From positions 11 to 64,010 of the forward strand of contig JAYENI010000157.1 in NCBI GenBank assembly GCA_034722015.1: a DNA stretch of 64,000 nucleotides. The letters run 5' to 3'. Within the stretch, counting starts at the first letter, position 1, and the number at the start of each line of letters is the position of its first letter. This stretch comes from Pseudomonadota bacterium. GTDB taxonomy: Bacteria > Pseudomonadota > Gammaproteobacteria > JAJDOJ01. Under the pieces are notes generated by a model. It did not search any database and was not told where the DNA came from. It was given only the letters and a program-made list of their open reading frames with translations. Position numbers and translations under genes: made by a program. Shown here in pieces: positions 9,185-17,878 of the stretch.

Positions 9185-9868
9185 TCAGCAACCGTCGGCG
9201 CCGGTGTCCGATGCATCAATTTGTTCGAATTCGATCGCGGTAGTTAACCGTCCCTCGAACCAGGCGTCAATGTATACCACCCCGGGCTCCTCGGTCAGGG
9301 TGAACCCGGGCCGGGGTTTGGGATCCACCCGCCGCAACGCAAGACAGGGTCCCGGTATGCGGATTTCCATGGTAACGTGCATCGGGTAGAAGCCGTCCAG
9401 GAACTGACGCATGAAGGGGCCGTTTTTCAGCAGGAAGCGCCCCTTGCCGCCAGCGGACAAGGCCCTGGTATCGGCGCTGATGCAGATCCTGGCACCGCGC
9501 CGGATCTCCTCCATTTGTATCGTATGGCCCTCAACCCGGGCGCGCCCGATGCCTGAACGCGAGACGATTTCCAGCCCTCGTACCCGATCCGGGTGGTAGA
9601 CGATTTGTGTGTCGGGCACGGGATCCAGGTGTGAATGACATTGGTTCAGTCTCACCCAGCCGTCGGCAAGGCTCGTTGACAGGATCTCCATTCGATTGTG
9701 GTGGTGGTGCACCGGTTGTTCCGGCGGGCTGTCGAGAAACCTCAGCTCCCCTTCGTTGACGGCCCGCACATCGATGTCGAAATCGTCTGCCGGCCACCCT
9801 GGTTCGTCGTCCTTCCCGGCGGCGCTATGCGACGAGAATATCGCCGCCGCGAGCACAAGCGTCGGCAT
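9185..9868 (-). CDS. hypothetical exported protein (His-rich segment)
   Basis: N-terminal signal peptide MPTLVLAAAIFSSHSAAG after trimming to the ATG at 9868. Contains a VHHHHN tract. No recognisable domain. Confidence 0.4.
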   Translation of the reverse strand: MPTLVLAAAIFSSHSAAGKDDEPGWPADDFDIDVRAVNEGELRFLDSPPEQPVHHHHNRMEILSTSLADGWVRLNQCHSHLDPVPDTQIVYHPDRVRGLEIVSRSGIGRARVEGHTIQMEEIRRGARICISADTRALSAGGKGRFLLKNGPFMRQFLDGFYPMHVTMEIRIPGPCLALRRVDPKPRPGFTLTEEPGVVYIDAWFEGRLTTAIEFEQIDASDTGADGC

Positions 9869-10148
9869 GCGGCGCACGCTGCGATGGAGTGTTCGTCCAC
9901 TTAGGCAATGGGTCACGGTCACGACCGCTCGGCAGTTTGGGTAGATGGGGATTCTGCGGCCCATTACGGCGTCCCGCAACCGCATCAGACCTTCGGTGAG
10001 GCATGGCGAGGGACCCCGTGATCACGGCGATGTCCACCGGGGGCGCCACTTGGTAGACTTTCCCCGCATCGGGCATTGAATACCGCCGGGATGCAGAACG
10101 GCGGACGAGACACAGATACATGGCGCGTGGGCGGCGCGGGATCCCGGG

Positions 10149-10805
10149 ATGATGCTGGACTGGACGAAAGTCGCGACGGTGTTCCTCGATATGGACGGCA
10201 CCCTGCTGGACCTCCATTTCGATAACTATTTCTGGCTCGAGCACATCCCGCTGCGTTACGGCGAAAAGCACGGCCTTGAAAGCGCTGAAGCGCGAGAGGC
10301 GCTGATGCGGAAATACCGTTCGGTCGAGGGGACCCTGCAATGGTATTGCATCGACTACTGGAGCGGGGAACTGGAACTTGATATCACCGCGCTCAAACAG
10401 GAGGTGGCACACAAGATCGCAGTGCATCCGCACGCAGAGCGTTTTCTCGCGGCGGTGAGGGGAAGCGGGCGTCGCCTGATGCTGCTGACCAACGCACACG
10501 GAACCAGCGTTGAGATCAAGTTGCGCAAGACCGAACTTGGACGGTATTTCGACCGCCTGATCGTTTCGCACGATCTGGGGGAACCCAAGGAGAGCGCGGC
10601 GTTCTGGCCGTTGCTACGGGAATATGAGCCGTTCGACCCCAAGAGTGCCCTGCTGGTGGACGACAACCTGTCGGTGCTGCGTGCGGCAGCGGGCAGCGGG
10701 ATCGCATGGACGATAGCGGTGAAACGCCCCGATACCACGCTCGGCGAGAAGGACACGGGAGAGTTTCCCGCAATTTCCGATTTCAGCGAAATCCTGCCGG
10801 ACTAA
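10149..10805 (+). CDS. yrfG: HAD-superfamily hydrolase, YrfG-like GMP/IMP nucleotidase
   Basis: HAD motif I FLDMDGTLLD and motif IV LLVDDN. In enterics yrfG neighbours nudE. The TAA stop is the first 3 nt of repeat copy 2. Confidence 0.7.
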   Translation: MMLDWTKVATVFLDMDGTLLDLHFDNYFWLEHIPLRYGEKHGLESAEAREALMRKYRSVEGTLQWYCIDYWSGELELDITALKQEVAHKIAVHPHAERFLAAVRGSGRRLMLLTNAHGTSVEIKLRKTELGRYFDRLIVSHDLGEPKESAAFWPLLREYEPFDPKSALLVDDNLSVLRAAAGSGIAWTIAVKRPDTTLGEKDTGEFPAISDFSEILPD

Positions 10806-10963
10806 GGCGATTTCTGTCGATTGATATCCCATCCTGTTGGTCTTTTCGTCCGTCTCCTGTGTTGCGACAACCGTTCCATAGTCCAACTATGCGCCTGTTG
10901 TCGCGCCTTGAAGACGAACGAAAAGCCGGCGCAATCCGGTATGTCATTTCCCGGCAATCGCCT
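10803..10963 (+). repeat. MITE-like TIR element, copy 2
   Basis: TAAGGCGATTTCTGTC...GGCAATCGCCT. The first TAA is the yrfG stop codon. Confidence 0.85.
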
Positions 10964-10971
10964 GGCCGGGA

Positions 10972-11385
10972 CTACCTTCTATCCCAGCGTTTGAACCGCT
11001 TTTTGCAGTAGCGCAGCAGCGACGCATAGTCCTCGAAGTAGAAGTCGAACCCGTCTTCGGCCGGCGCGTCGAACTCGCAGTAGTCGTTCGAGTGGTCCCG
11101 GCAGATCGCAGGACGTTCGTCGTAAATCGCGCAGAATCCGTTGGGCAGGAGGTGATCGCAACGGGAATCCAGGAGCAGGTACCAGCCATCCGAATCCTTG
11201 TAGGCCTTGACGTTCCGGTGAGAGACCTGCCAGAGGAGATGATCGAAGTCGCTCTTGCTCCGGGGGGCGTCGATGTGCTGGGTGACATAGGTGCAGCACT
11301 TTGAATTGCTGCAATAGCCGCACTTGGTCTCCGGCGTCATGTCTTCGACGCGAACCGGTATCTCTGTCTTGCCGTGTCTGGGCAT
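10972..11385 (-). CDS. YkgJ-family cysteine-cluster (putative Zn/Fe-chelating) protein
   Basis: Cys cluster CGYCSNSKCC plus downstream CAIYDERPAICRDHSNDYC. The ORF-track start (TTG 11427) lies inside repeat copy 3, so the ATG at 11385 was chosen (alternative 11340). Confidence 0.5.
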   Translation of the reverse strand: MPRHGKTEIPVRVEDMTPETKCGYCSNSKCCTYVTQHIDAPRSKSDFDHLLWQVSHRNVKAYKDSDGWYLLLDSRCDHLLPNGFCAIYDERPAICRDHSNDYCEFDAPAEDGFDFYFEDYASLLRYCKKRFKRWDRR

Positions 11386-11426
11386 GGGTGTGATGAGTTC
11401 CTGTGCGAAACCGTTCGCCCGCAACA

Positions 11427-11586
11427 AGGCGATTGCCGGAAAATGGCATACCAGAATGCGCTGAATTTTCGTTCGTATTCAAGGCGCGCCAACTGAAGCA
11501 TAGCAAGCTATGTGACAGTTGGCGCAACGTAGAAGACGGGCGAAAAAACAAGCAGGCTAGTATGTCATTTGACAGAAATCGCCTAA
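11427..11586 (-). repeat. MITE-like TIR element, copy 3
   Basis: AAGGCGATTGCCGGAAAATGGCATACC...GGCTAGTATGTCATTTGACAGAAATCGCCTAA. Confidence 0.85.
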
Positions 11587-11594
11587 GAGCGAAT

Positions 11595-12362
11595 TTATCC
11601 CGCTGCGTCAATCCGGAACTCAAAATTTCGATCGGGTCGCAGGGGTGGATCGTGCGTCCTTTCCGTCATGGTCACCTCGCCGTCGGAGCGGACCATCAGG
11701 AAAGTGGAGCTGCGGGTGCCATACCCGGCGGCGTCAATGAAAACGGGGCCCAGCACCCTTTCGAGTGACAGGCCGACACCGGTATCGGGCAAATCCTCGT
11801 TACGGGGGAACGACCTGTCACCCAGCATGCTGAAGACGGCCTTAGCACTGATCGCTCCCGAGATGATCAATTCCGACAGGGCGGACTTTCCCCTGAGTAC
11901 CTTTGGCCAGGGTGTGTCGAGTTCCCGGTTACTGAGGCCGTAGAGTCCCGTGTCCAGGCGGCGCAGCAGGTCCTTCGGACTATGGTAGTACCAGAGTTCA
12001 TGGGGGTTGCCGGCAAAGAGGCTGAACCCGGCGTAAAACGCCCTTCGGGTTCGAAGCCGTGCCAGAAATTCAGCGGGGGGATCGTCCGATTCGAGAAATT
12101 CCGACACGACGAGACCACGAGAACGGGCATTCGGGGGGGGCGCTATGGACGATCGGAAATTCGTGACCCCCGCGAAGCGCCCATTGCGAGTGATGCCCAG
12201 CCACGTGCCCCCCTTTTCGAGGTCCCGCCCGGCCAGAACGTCCGGCGCGCCGTCGTGAAAACCGAGTCGTGCGGTTGGCCGCGAAACGAATTCGTCCCGG
12301 TTCGCCGCCAGTGCGAGTCGGTATCCGGGGGTAGGGTTCCACGCGAGTATGATCAGGCACAT
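11595..12362 (-). CDS. NRDE-family protein (TANGO2-like, Ntn-hydrolase-type)
   Basis: N-terminal MCLIILAW with Cys2 and a central NRDE-like core. ATG start verified. Flanked on both sides by repeat copies. Confidence 0.65.
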   Translation of the reverse strand: MCLIILAWNPTPGYRLALAANRDEFVSRPTARLGFHDGAPDVLAGRDLEKGGTWLGITRNGRFAGVTNFRSSIAPPPNARSRGLVVSEFLESDDPPAEFLARLRTRRAFYAGFSLFAGNPHELWYYHSPKDLLRRLDTGLYGLSNRELDTPWPKVLRGKSALSELIISGAISAKAVFSMLGDRSFPRNEDLPDTGVGLSLERVLGPVFIDAAGYGTRSSTFLMVRSDGEVTMTERTHDPPLRPDRNFEFRIDAAG

Positions 12363-12420
12363 CGAGTCATCGAGGATACAGCTTGCCGGTACGATCCTGC
12401 CAACCAGGAAATTTTAGACT

Positions 12421-12592
12421 GCAATCGCCTAAGGCGATTTCTGTCAAATGACATACCATCCTGCTTGTCTTTTCGTCCGTCCTCTGTGTTGCGACAACCG
12501 TGACATCGTTCGACGATGTGCCTGTTGTCGCGCCTTGATGACGAACGAAAATCCGGCGCGATCTGGCATGTTATATTCCGGCAATCGCCTAA
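12421..12592 (+). repeat. MITE-like TIR element, copy 4 (with 9-bp extra TIR fragment GCAATCGCC at left end)
   Basis: GCAATCGCCTAAGGCGATTTCTGTCAAATGACATACC...GGCATGTTATATTCCGGCAATCGCCTAA. The terminal CTA supplies the TAG stop of the minus-strand HTH gene. Confidence 0.85.
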
Positions 12593-13029
12593 GCCCGGCG
12601 TTGCGTGTTCGCGATCATCCAGCTGACCAGCGCCTGGAGCACGAGCTTCTGTTCCCTCGTGCAGCCGGAACTGTGCTGAATGGACTCCAGCCTATCCTTC
12701 ATTGACACCACGAGTGACTTGTAGTGCTCCAGTTCGGCACGCGAGTGCTCGACCTCGAGCCGCAGACGACCGACCTCTTCGGCGAGGTTGCGCTTCTGGA
12801 GCCTGATGTCGCCGGGCTGCTTGTAAACCGCAAACCTGCGGTTTCGCGCCATGCGCTCGAGCACGGAGCTGTCTTCCAGTTCGATACCCGGATACGCACC
12901 GAGGAGGTCATCGACCGCTACCTTGCCTTCAAAGGTATGTAGTTGCCCGTCCTGGATCTTGCGTTGTATCTCGCTCCGGCTGACCCCGGCCAGTCGCGCG
13001 GCCCTTGATACGCTGAGGTGATGCATCAT
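12589..13029 (-). CDS. HTH (MerR/excisionase-like) DNA-binding protein with C-terminal coiled coil
   Basis: LSVSRAARLAGVSRSEIQRKIQDGQL HTH, then heptad-rich LQKRNLAEEVGRLRLEVEHSRAELEHYKSL. Start trimmed to ATG 13029. The TAG stop is provided by the terminus of repeat copy 4. Confidence 0.5.
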   Translation of the reverse strand: MMHHLSVSRAARLAGVSRSEIQRKIQDGQLHTFEGKVAVDDLLGAYPGIELEDSSVLERMARNRRFAVYKQPGDIRLQKRNLAEEVGRLRLEVEHSRAELEHYKSLVVSMKDRLESIQHSSGCTREQKLVLQALVSWMIANTQRRA

Positions 13030-13169
13030 GTTTCGACAGCCTGCCTGGGGAGAAACACCCGCTGAATCGCCCGATACCGCGATCACGGTGCGATCCGCCA
13101 CCGATCTACCCATAAGAGATATGGGTCTCGGGGGAGATTATAGGCCGATTGGGATATATAAGGTAGGGG

Positions 13170-13595
13170 TCAGCCTGTCGGTGTCTGGCCGCTGTCAGGC
13201 CCTTGCGTAAGCTGCCAGCTCCAGGCGCAATCCACCTCTGACCGTACCCTGATCAGACCATCGATCCCCTCGTCCACGATGACCTGCAGAGGGCTGCGCC
13301 GCCGGAACCGGCGATGCGGGGAACGCAACCAGATCAGGCCCACCTTGCGATTCAGGGGATACGTCGTACGGAGTGCGTCGGCGATACCGGCCAGGTGTTC
13401 GACCCGTTTGAATATCGCCTCGTCGTCGGGCAGCGCGGCGCTGCCCTGGCGGTATTTTTCCACGTGGCGTGTGCGGGTCTTTTCCGGCAGTGCGAGAACG
13501 GCGATGATGTCCTCGGCGCTCAATCCCCACTCGTCCAGTGTGTGTACAACCGCCTGGCCCAGGGTGCGTCTCTGCTCTTCGGAATAGTCGGTCAT
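13170..13595 (-). CDS. hypothetical protein with DUF2384-like (Xre/MbcA/ParS antitoxin C-terminal) segment
   Basis: C-terminal WLRSPHRRFRRRSPLQVIVDEGIDGLIRVRSEV resembles the W-L-x-x-P-(x)n-P-x-x-l-l-x-x-G-x-x-x-V toxin-binding motif. No RES-domain partner is adjacent. Confidence 0.4.
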   Translation of the reverse strand: MTDYSEEQRRTLGQAVVHTLDEWGLSAEDIIAVLALPEKTRTRHVEKYRQGSAALPDDEAIFKRVEHLAGIADALRTTYPLNRKVGLIWLRSPHRRFRRRSPLQVIVDEGIDGLIRVRSEVDCAWSWQLTQGPDSGQTPTG

Positions 13596-13609
13596 CGTGT
13601 CTGCCCCTC

Positions 13610-13624
13610 GACAGAAATCGCCTC
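13610..13624. repeat. TIR remnant (left terminus, reverse)
   Basis: GACAGAAATCGCCT lies between the 98-aa and 141-aa genes. Confidence 0.45.
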
Positions 13625-13665
13625 AGGTCCCCCGGGTCATTGCACCGGTCGGGACCGGACCCGCG

Positions 13666-13962
13666 TTACTCGGATTCGTCCCTGTTCGTGCCTTTGCCGA
13701 TGCGTGAGATCGGAACGACGGTGGACGACTTCGGTTCGTCGCCAAATCGAGGGCGTTCCTTGATCTCCATGCCGGCTTTCTCGGCGAGTTCACGTTCTCT
13801 CGCCGATATCAGGGCGAAACAGGCGCGTATGTCCTTGATGCACCCCTGGCTCAGCGGATGCCGCAGCCCCGGGTCGGGCGTGGTTTCCCTGACGATCTTC
13901 CCCAGGGTCTTTCGCATGGCGATGAGTATGCGCTGTTCTTTCGATAACGATGGATCACTCAT
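13666..13962 (-). CDS. hypothetical small protein (98 aa)
   Basis: ORF with a verified ATG, same strand and tightly spaced with neighbours. No recognisable motif. Confidence 0.4.
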   Translation of the reverse strand: MSDPSLSKEQRILIAMRKTLGKIVRETTPDPGLRHPLSQGCIKDIRACFALISARERELAEKAGMEIKERPRFGDEPKSSTVVPISRIGKGTNRDESE

Positions 13963-13995
13963 GGGTACGGCCCTTCGGGTGTCTTGCAGCGGCCC

Positions 13996-15408
13996 TCAGG
14001 CCAGCTCGAGTTCGCGGATCGGGGAGGTTTGCGGTCCCTCTACATTACCGGCGAGGTTGTAGAGCGCTGCCTGCAGGGCCTCCTCGATCACCGGATGGTA
14101 GAACGGCATGCGGAGCAGGTCGAAGACTGTCTGGCGCTGCTGGATCGACCAGGCGAGCAGATGGCCCAGATTCTCGCCTTTCGGCGCGATCAGGCTCGCG
14201 CCGAGCAGCCTGCCCCCGTGCTTCTCGGCATACACGCGAATGACGCCCTTGTTCTTGGCCATGATCAGTGCCCGACCTACCGGTCCCATGCGCATCTCGC
14301 CGACGGCAACGTCGTCGCGCTCCGCCAGCTCGGACCACTCCATGCCGGTTTGTACGATGTTAGGGTCGCTGAAGGTGATGCTAAGCGGCGTCTTGCGCCG
14401 GAAGGCGAGGATGGAATCGTGCGACGCGTTATATCCCGCGATCTTACCTTCGTCCCCCGCCTCGTGCAGGATTGGACGTTCGCCGGAAATATCGCCGGCA
14501 AGAAAGATGGGAAAACCCTCGATCTGCATCGTCCGCGGATCGAATCGCGGCATGCCTTTGGCATCGAGTTCGACACCGATGTCGCCGAGCTTAAGGGATT
14601 CCAGGTTGGGTACGCGACCCATGGAGGCGAGGATCTTTTCCACCACGATACTCGTATCGCCCGCGGTGACACGCAGTCTGCCGCCCTCTTTTTTCACAGC
14701 GGCCGGCTGCCCCAGGACCAGCGGAAACTCCTTGCCGAGTATCTCCGTGGCCGCCGAGGCCACGACCGGGTCACTGAGCCGTGCGATCGTATTGACCTGG
14801 TCTATGCCGGTGACTTTCAGCCCGAAACGGCTGAGTGACTGGCCGAGCTCCAGACCGATGACGCCAAGTCCGATGACCGCTATCGACTCAGGCAGCGTTT
14901 CCTGTTCGAAGATGTCGTCGGTCGTGAGGATGTGGTCGCAAAATTTTTCCTCCCACTCCGTAGGCACGATAGGCCGGGATCCCGTGGCGATGACGACGCT
15001 GCCGGCGATCACCCGCGTTTCGTTGACTTCGAGTACGGTGGGTTCGAGGAAGTGGGCATATCCGTCGATCAGTTCGTCTGCGAGATCGTCGGTGCTGCTG
15101 CCCATTACCCGGTCGACGAAGATGTCCCTCATGTCCCGCACATGGTCAAGGGCATCTACCATACTAAAATTGAGACTTTCCTCGCCGACGATGCCGTGTC
15201 GGTCGAAGACCTCGCGACGGTGAAAATCTTCCGCGACCTGGATAAACGCCTTGGAGGGCATGCACCCTACACGCGCGCAAGTTGTACCCAGATGACCGCC
15301 GTTGATGAGTACGAAGGATTTTCCCGCCCGACGGGCCTGCGCCATCGCATTCAGGCCCGAGGTGCCGGCCCCGATGATCGCGACGTCGACTCGTCTGTCC
15401 GTTGACAT
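13996..15408 (-). CDS. FAD-dependent pyridine nucleotide-disulfide oxidoreductase (dihydrolipoyl dehydrogenase family)
   Basis: GxGxxG VAIIGAGTSG, redox-active disulfide GTCARVGCMPSK, and a second NAD-binding fold. ATG at 15408 preceded by AGGTGG. The longer ORF is a 5' read-through. Confidence 0.7.
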   Translation of the reverse strand: MSTDRRVDVAIIGAGTSGLNAMAQARRAGKSFVLINGGHLGTTCARVGCMPSKAFIQVAEDFHRREVFDRHGIVGEESLNFSMVDALDHVRDMRDIFVDRVMGSSTDDLADELIDGYAHFLEPTVLEVNETRVIAGSVVIATGSRPIVPTEWEEKFCDHILTTDDIFEQETLPESIAVIGLGVIGLELGQSLSRFGLKVTGIDQVNTIARLSDPVVASAATEILGKEFPLVLGQPAAVKKEGGRLRVTAGDTSIVVEKILASMGRVPNLESLKLGDIGVELDAKGMPRFDPRTMQIEGFPIFLAGDISGERPILHEAGDEGKIAGYNASHDSILAFRRKTPLSITFSDPNIVQTGMEWSELAERDDVAVGEMRMGPVGRALIMAKNKGVIRVYAEKHGGRLLGASLIAPKGENLGHLLAWSIQQRQTVFDLLRMPFYHPVIEEALQAALYNLAGNVEGPQTSPIRELELA

Positions 15409-15666
15409 ATTGATTCCACCTGCTGGATTCGAAACACGGCGAACAAGTCCGGCAACTGCCCTCGCCCGGCTCGCAGCTGGCAATTGTATCATGAGGTCCG
15501 CGGTGTCCATCCGCACGTCTCCGCGGGCATCCTGCGGCATCTGCTCGAGCGCTGTCTGCCCTTGTTCGGCAGTGTGCTGCAACATCGTGAAAACCGCCAG
15601 GAAAGCCTCGCGAATGGATCTTTTCTATACTCTGGTGTGTTGATCCCATGGCTACGGGAGAAAATC

Positions 15667-15978
15667 ATGAGCCGCGCGGCCTTCCACATTGGACAGCTGG
15701 TCCAGCACAAATTGTTCGAATACCGGGGGGTGGTTTACGACGTGGACCCGGTTTTTCAGGGCACCGAGGCGTGGTATGCCAATGTCGCGCGCAGCCGTCC
15801 CCCCAGAGACAGGCCATGGTATCGTGTACTTGTCGACGGGAAAGGCACCGAGACCTACGTCGCTGAGCGCAATCTGGAACCGGATACCGGTGATGGCCCC
15901 GTGGACCACCCGAAGATCCCGAAGTTTTTCACCGGTTTCGAGAACGGAATCTATCAGTATCGAAGGGACGCGAACTAA
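15667..15978 (+). CDS. hspQ: heat shock protein HspQ (YccV-like)
   Basis: FHIGQLVQHKLFEYRGVVYDVDP...WYRVLVDGKGTETYVAERNLE matches the HspQ core. ATG at 15667. Confidence 0.75.
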   Translation: MSRAAFHIGQLVQHKLFEYRGVVYDVDPVFQGTEAWYANVARSRPPRDRPWYRVLVDGKGTETYVAERNLEPDTGDGPVDHPKIPKFFTGFENGIYQYRRDAN

Positions 15979-16141
15979 TGCCCCGCCCCTGTGATAATGA
16001 CGGATTCAGCGCCCCCGTGGTGTCCCGCAGCTGCGTTCCAGTGCTCGCAGGGGAATGGCCATTGCCTGCGAGGCGCGCCTTGCCGTGAACGTTGAAACGC
16101 TGACTGAACTTACAAATATCACAGGGACAGGGTACTAGACC

Positions 16142-16603
16142 ATGCTGGACGCATTGAGGACACTCTTCTCACCGGACGAGGCTCCCGTCGGCTCAGCCGA
16201 CCGGGAAGACAAGGATTTACCCCTGGCGGCGGCTGCCCTGCTGCTTGAGGTCGGATACGCGGACGCCGAGATACGCGAGGACGAACTCGAGGCCATCTCA
16301 ACGGCATTGCGCAATCGTTTCGGCTTTACCGAGTCGAGCGTACAGACGCTGATCGAGGATGCGCACGAGCAACACCAGGGCGAGCACTCGATGTATCCCT
16401 TTCTGTCGAAGGTCAACAAGGCATTCTCTCCGTCCCGAAAGGTCCACCTCATAGCGGACATGTGGCGGGTTGCCTACGCGGACAGACGGCTGGACAAGCA
16501 CGAGGAACATCGGATTCGCAAGATCTCGGCTCTTCTGCACGTGCCGCACCGCGATTTCATCCGTGCAAAGCTGGAGGTTCGCGAAGAGCTTGGCATCGAC
16601 TAA
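16142..16603 (+). CDS. TerB-family (tellurite resistance TerB-like / DjlA N-domain-like) protein
   Basis: Paired-helix TerB-like pattern with conserved acidic residues (EVGYADAEIREDELEAI). The TAA stop coincides with a TIR remnant. Confidence 0.5.
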   Translation: MLDALRTLFSPDEAPVGSADREDKDLPLAAAALLLEVGYADAEIREDELEAISTALRNRFGFTESSVQTLIEDAHEQHQGEHSMYPFLSKVNKAFSPSRKVHLIADMWRVAYADRRLDKHEEHRIRKISALLHVPHRDFIRAKLEVREELGID

Positions 16604-16612
16604 GGCGATTTC
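16601..16612. repeat. TIR remnant (left terminus)
   Basis: TAAGGCGATTTC. The TAA is the stop codon of the TerB-like gene. Confidence 0.45.
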
Positions 16613-16615
16613 GTG

Positions 16616-16656
16616 TCGAGCACCACGGCTGAAACCTGCGACGCCGCGGTGCTCGG
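16616..16656. terminator. GC-rich hairpin between convergent TerB-like and HU genes (possible bidirectional terminator)
   Basis: TCGAGCACCACGG...CCGCGGTGCTCG, a 12-bp stem with one mismatch. No clear U-tract on either strand. Confidence 0.3.
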
Positions 16657-16676
16657 GGGGCTCAGGAAAGTATTTC

Positions 16677-17015
16677 TCAGACCATGTCCTTCAGGCCCTT
16701 GAGGGGCAGAACCTTGATCACCTTGTGTGCCGGCTTGGCCTTGAAGACGGTCTCTTCCTTCGTGAACGGATTGATGCCCTTGCGCGCCTTTGTCGCCGGC
16801 TTTTTAATGACTTTGATCTTCAACAGGCCGGGCAGGTTGAAGACTCCGGCGCCCCGCGGTTTCAGATTCTTCTCGATCAATCCGCCCAGTGAATCGAGGA
16901 CCGCGCTGACGTCCTTTCGCGCCAGACCGGTTTCATTCGACATGTGATTGAGGATCTCGGTTTTTGTCGGCGGCTTTTTCGAGTTGGAGCTCGCGGCCTT
17001 TTTCGTTACGGGCAT
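16677..17015 (-). CDS. HU/IHF-family nucleoid DNA-binding protein with Lys-rich N-terminal extension
   Basis: HU fold signature GFGKF-type arm (RGAGVFNLPGLLKIKVIKKPATKARKGINPFTKEE) preceded by a KKAASSNSKKPPTK tail. Confidence 0.65.
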   Translation of the reverse strand: MPVTKKAASSNSKKPPTKTEILNHMSNETGLARKDVSAVLDSLGGLIEKNLKPRGAGVFNLPGLLKIKVIKKPATKARKGINPFTKEETVFKAKPAHKVIKVLPLKGLKDMV

Positions 17016-17076
17016 GTGTTCCCCCTTGCTTGATGGTCGTTGGGTACGACAGTCGATTTATGAAGATAGCACGACA

Positions 17077-17240
17077 TTAGGCGATTGCCGGAAAATAATG
17101 TACCGGATCACGCCGGATTTTCGTTCGTCTTCAAGGCGCGGTAACAGGCGCATCGTCGAACGATGCAACCGTTGCCACAACGCCGAAGACAGGCGAAAAG
17201 ACAAGTGAGGTGGTACATAATTTGACAGAAATCTCCTTAA
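17077..17240 (-). repeat. MITE-like TIR element, copy 5
   Basis: TTAGGCGATTGCCGGAAAATAATGTACC...GGTACATAATTTGACAGAAATCTCCTTAA. Confidence 0.85.
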
Positions 17241-17302
17241 AGTACCCCCGCGACCGGGATTCCGTCAGAAAACCGGAATATCCAGAACACAATGCGGGAA
17301 AT

Positions 17303-17758
17303 TTATTGCGTAAAGAATTCCTGGCGAAACTTGACCGTCTGCATGCGCCCGCCTTCCGGGGTCACATTGATGGTGAAATCGAGGGTTTCGCCATTGGTGA
17401 TCGGGAATTCAGCAATGTAGTAGATGGCGCCGGTGTCGGTGATTTCACGCATGCTCAGGGACTTCAATTGGTTGGACAGATTGATCGCCTCGGCATCAAC
17501 ATTGGCCTTCATCGGTTGCGATGGCAGGTCCAGCTGTTTCTTCAGCACGGTGATTGTGAGCAGTGCCCGGTTCATGCTTCGCTTGATACCGTAGGCACGG
17601 GCGATCTGCGGGTTGAAGAAATCGGTTCGCACGGCGTTGTAGTGAACCACCATGTCACCAAAATCGGCGGCCTGCGCGGCAAAGGCCCCCTTCGTCGCGA
17701 GCAACGAAATCAATAGCAAGAGTGCGGTACGCAGGGAATTTCTGCTAGTCATCTCCAT
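17303..17758 (-). CDS. DUF4426-family periplasmic protein
   Basis: Signal peptide LLLLISLLATKGAFA. The family commonly neighbours yggT/proC in pseudomonads. Confidence 0.5.
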   Translation of the reverse strand: MEMTSRNSLRTALLLLISLLATKGAFAAQAADFGDMVVHYNAVRTDFFNPQIARAYGIKRSMNRALLTITVLKKQLDLPSQPMKANVDAEAINLSNQLKSLSMREITDTGAIYYIAEFPITNGETLDFTINVTPEGGRMQTVKFRQEFFTQ

Positions 17759-17878
17759 CTCCAGTCGATCAGTGGTAAGACTTGTATCTGGTGTGCGGCC
17801 AGGTGCCTGCGGATGGGCAATGTTACACCGTAACCAACGCGGTCCGTAATCCTCCGGCGCGAGCCTCCCCGGATCTCA

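Noticed and set aside
13170-13595. Calling a complete RES-Xre/ParST toxin-antitoxin pair
   Set aside because: Only the antitoxin-like C-terminal motif is seen. No RES or ADP-ribosyltransferase toxin gene is adjacent, so it is reported only as an orphan-like module.
15409-15666. Sigma-32-type promoter for hspQ (CCCATGGCT ~20 nt upstream of the ATG, CGTGAAAA further upstream)
   Set aside because: Spacing between the candidate -35 and -10 does not fit the 13-15-nt consensus. Too weak to call.
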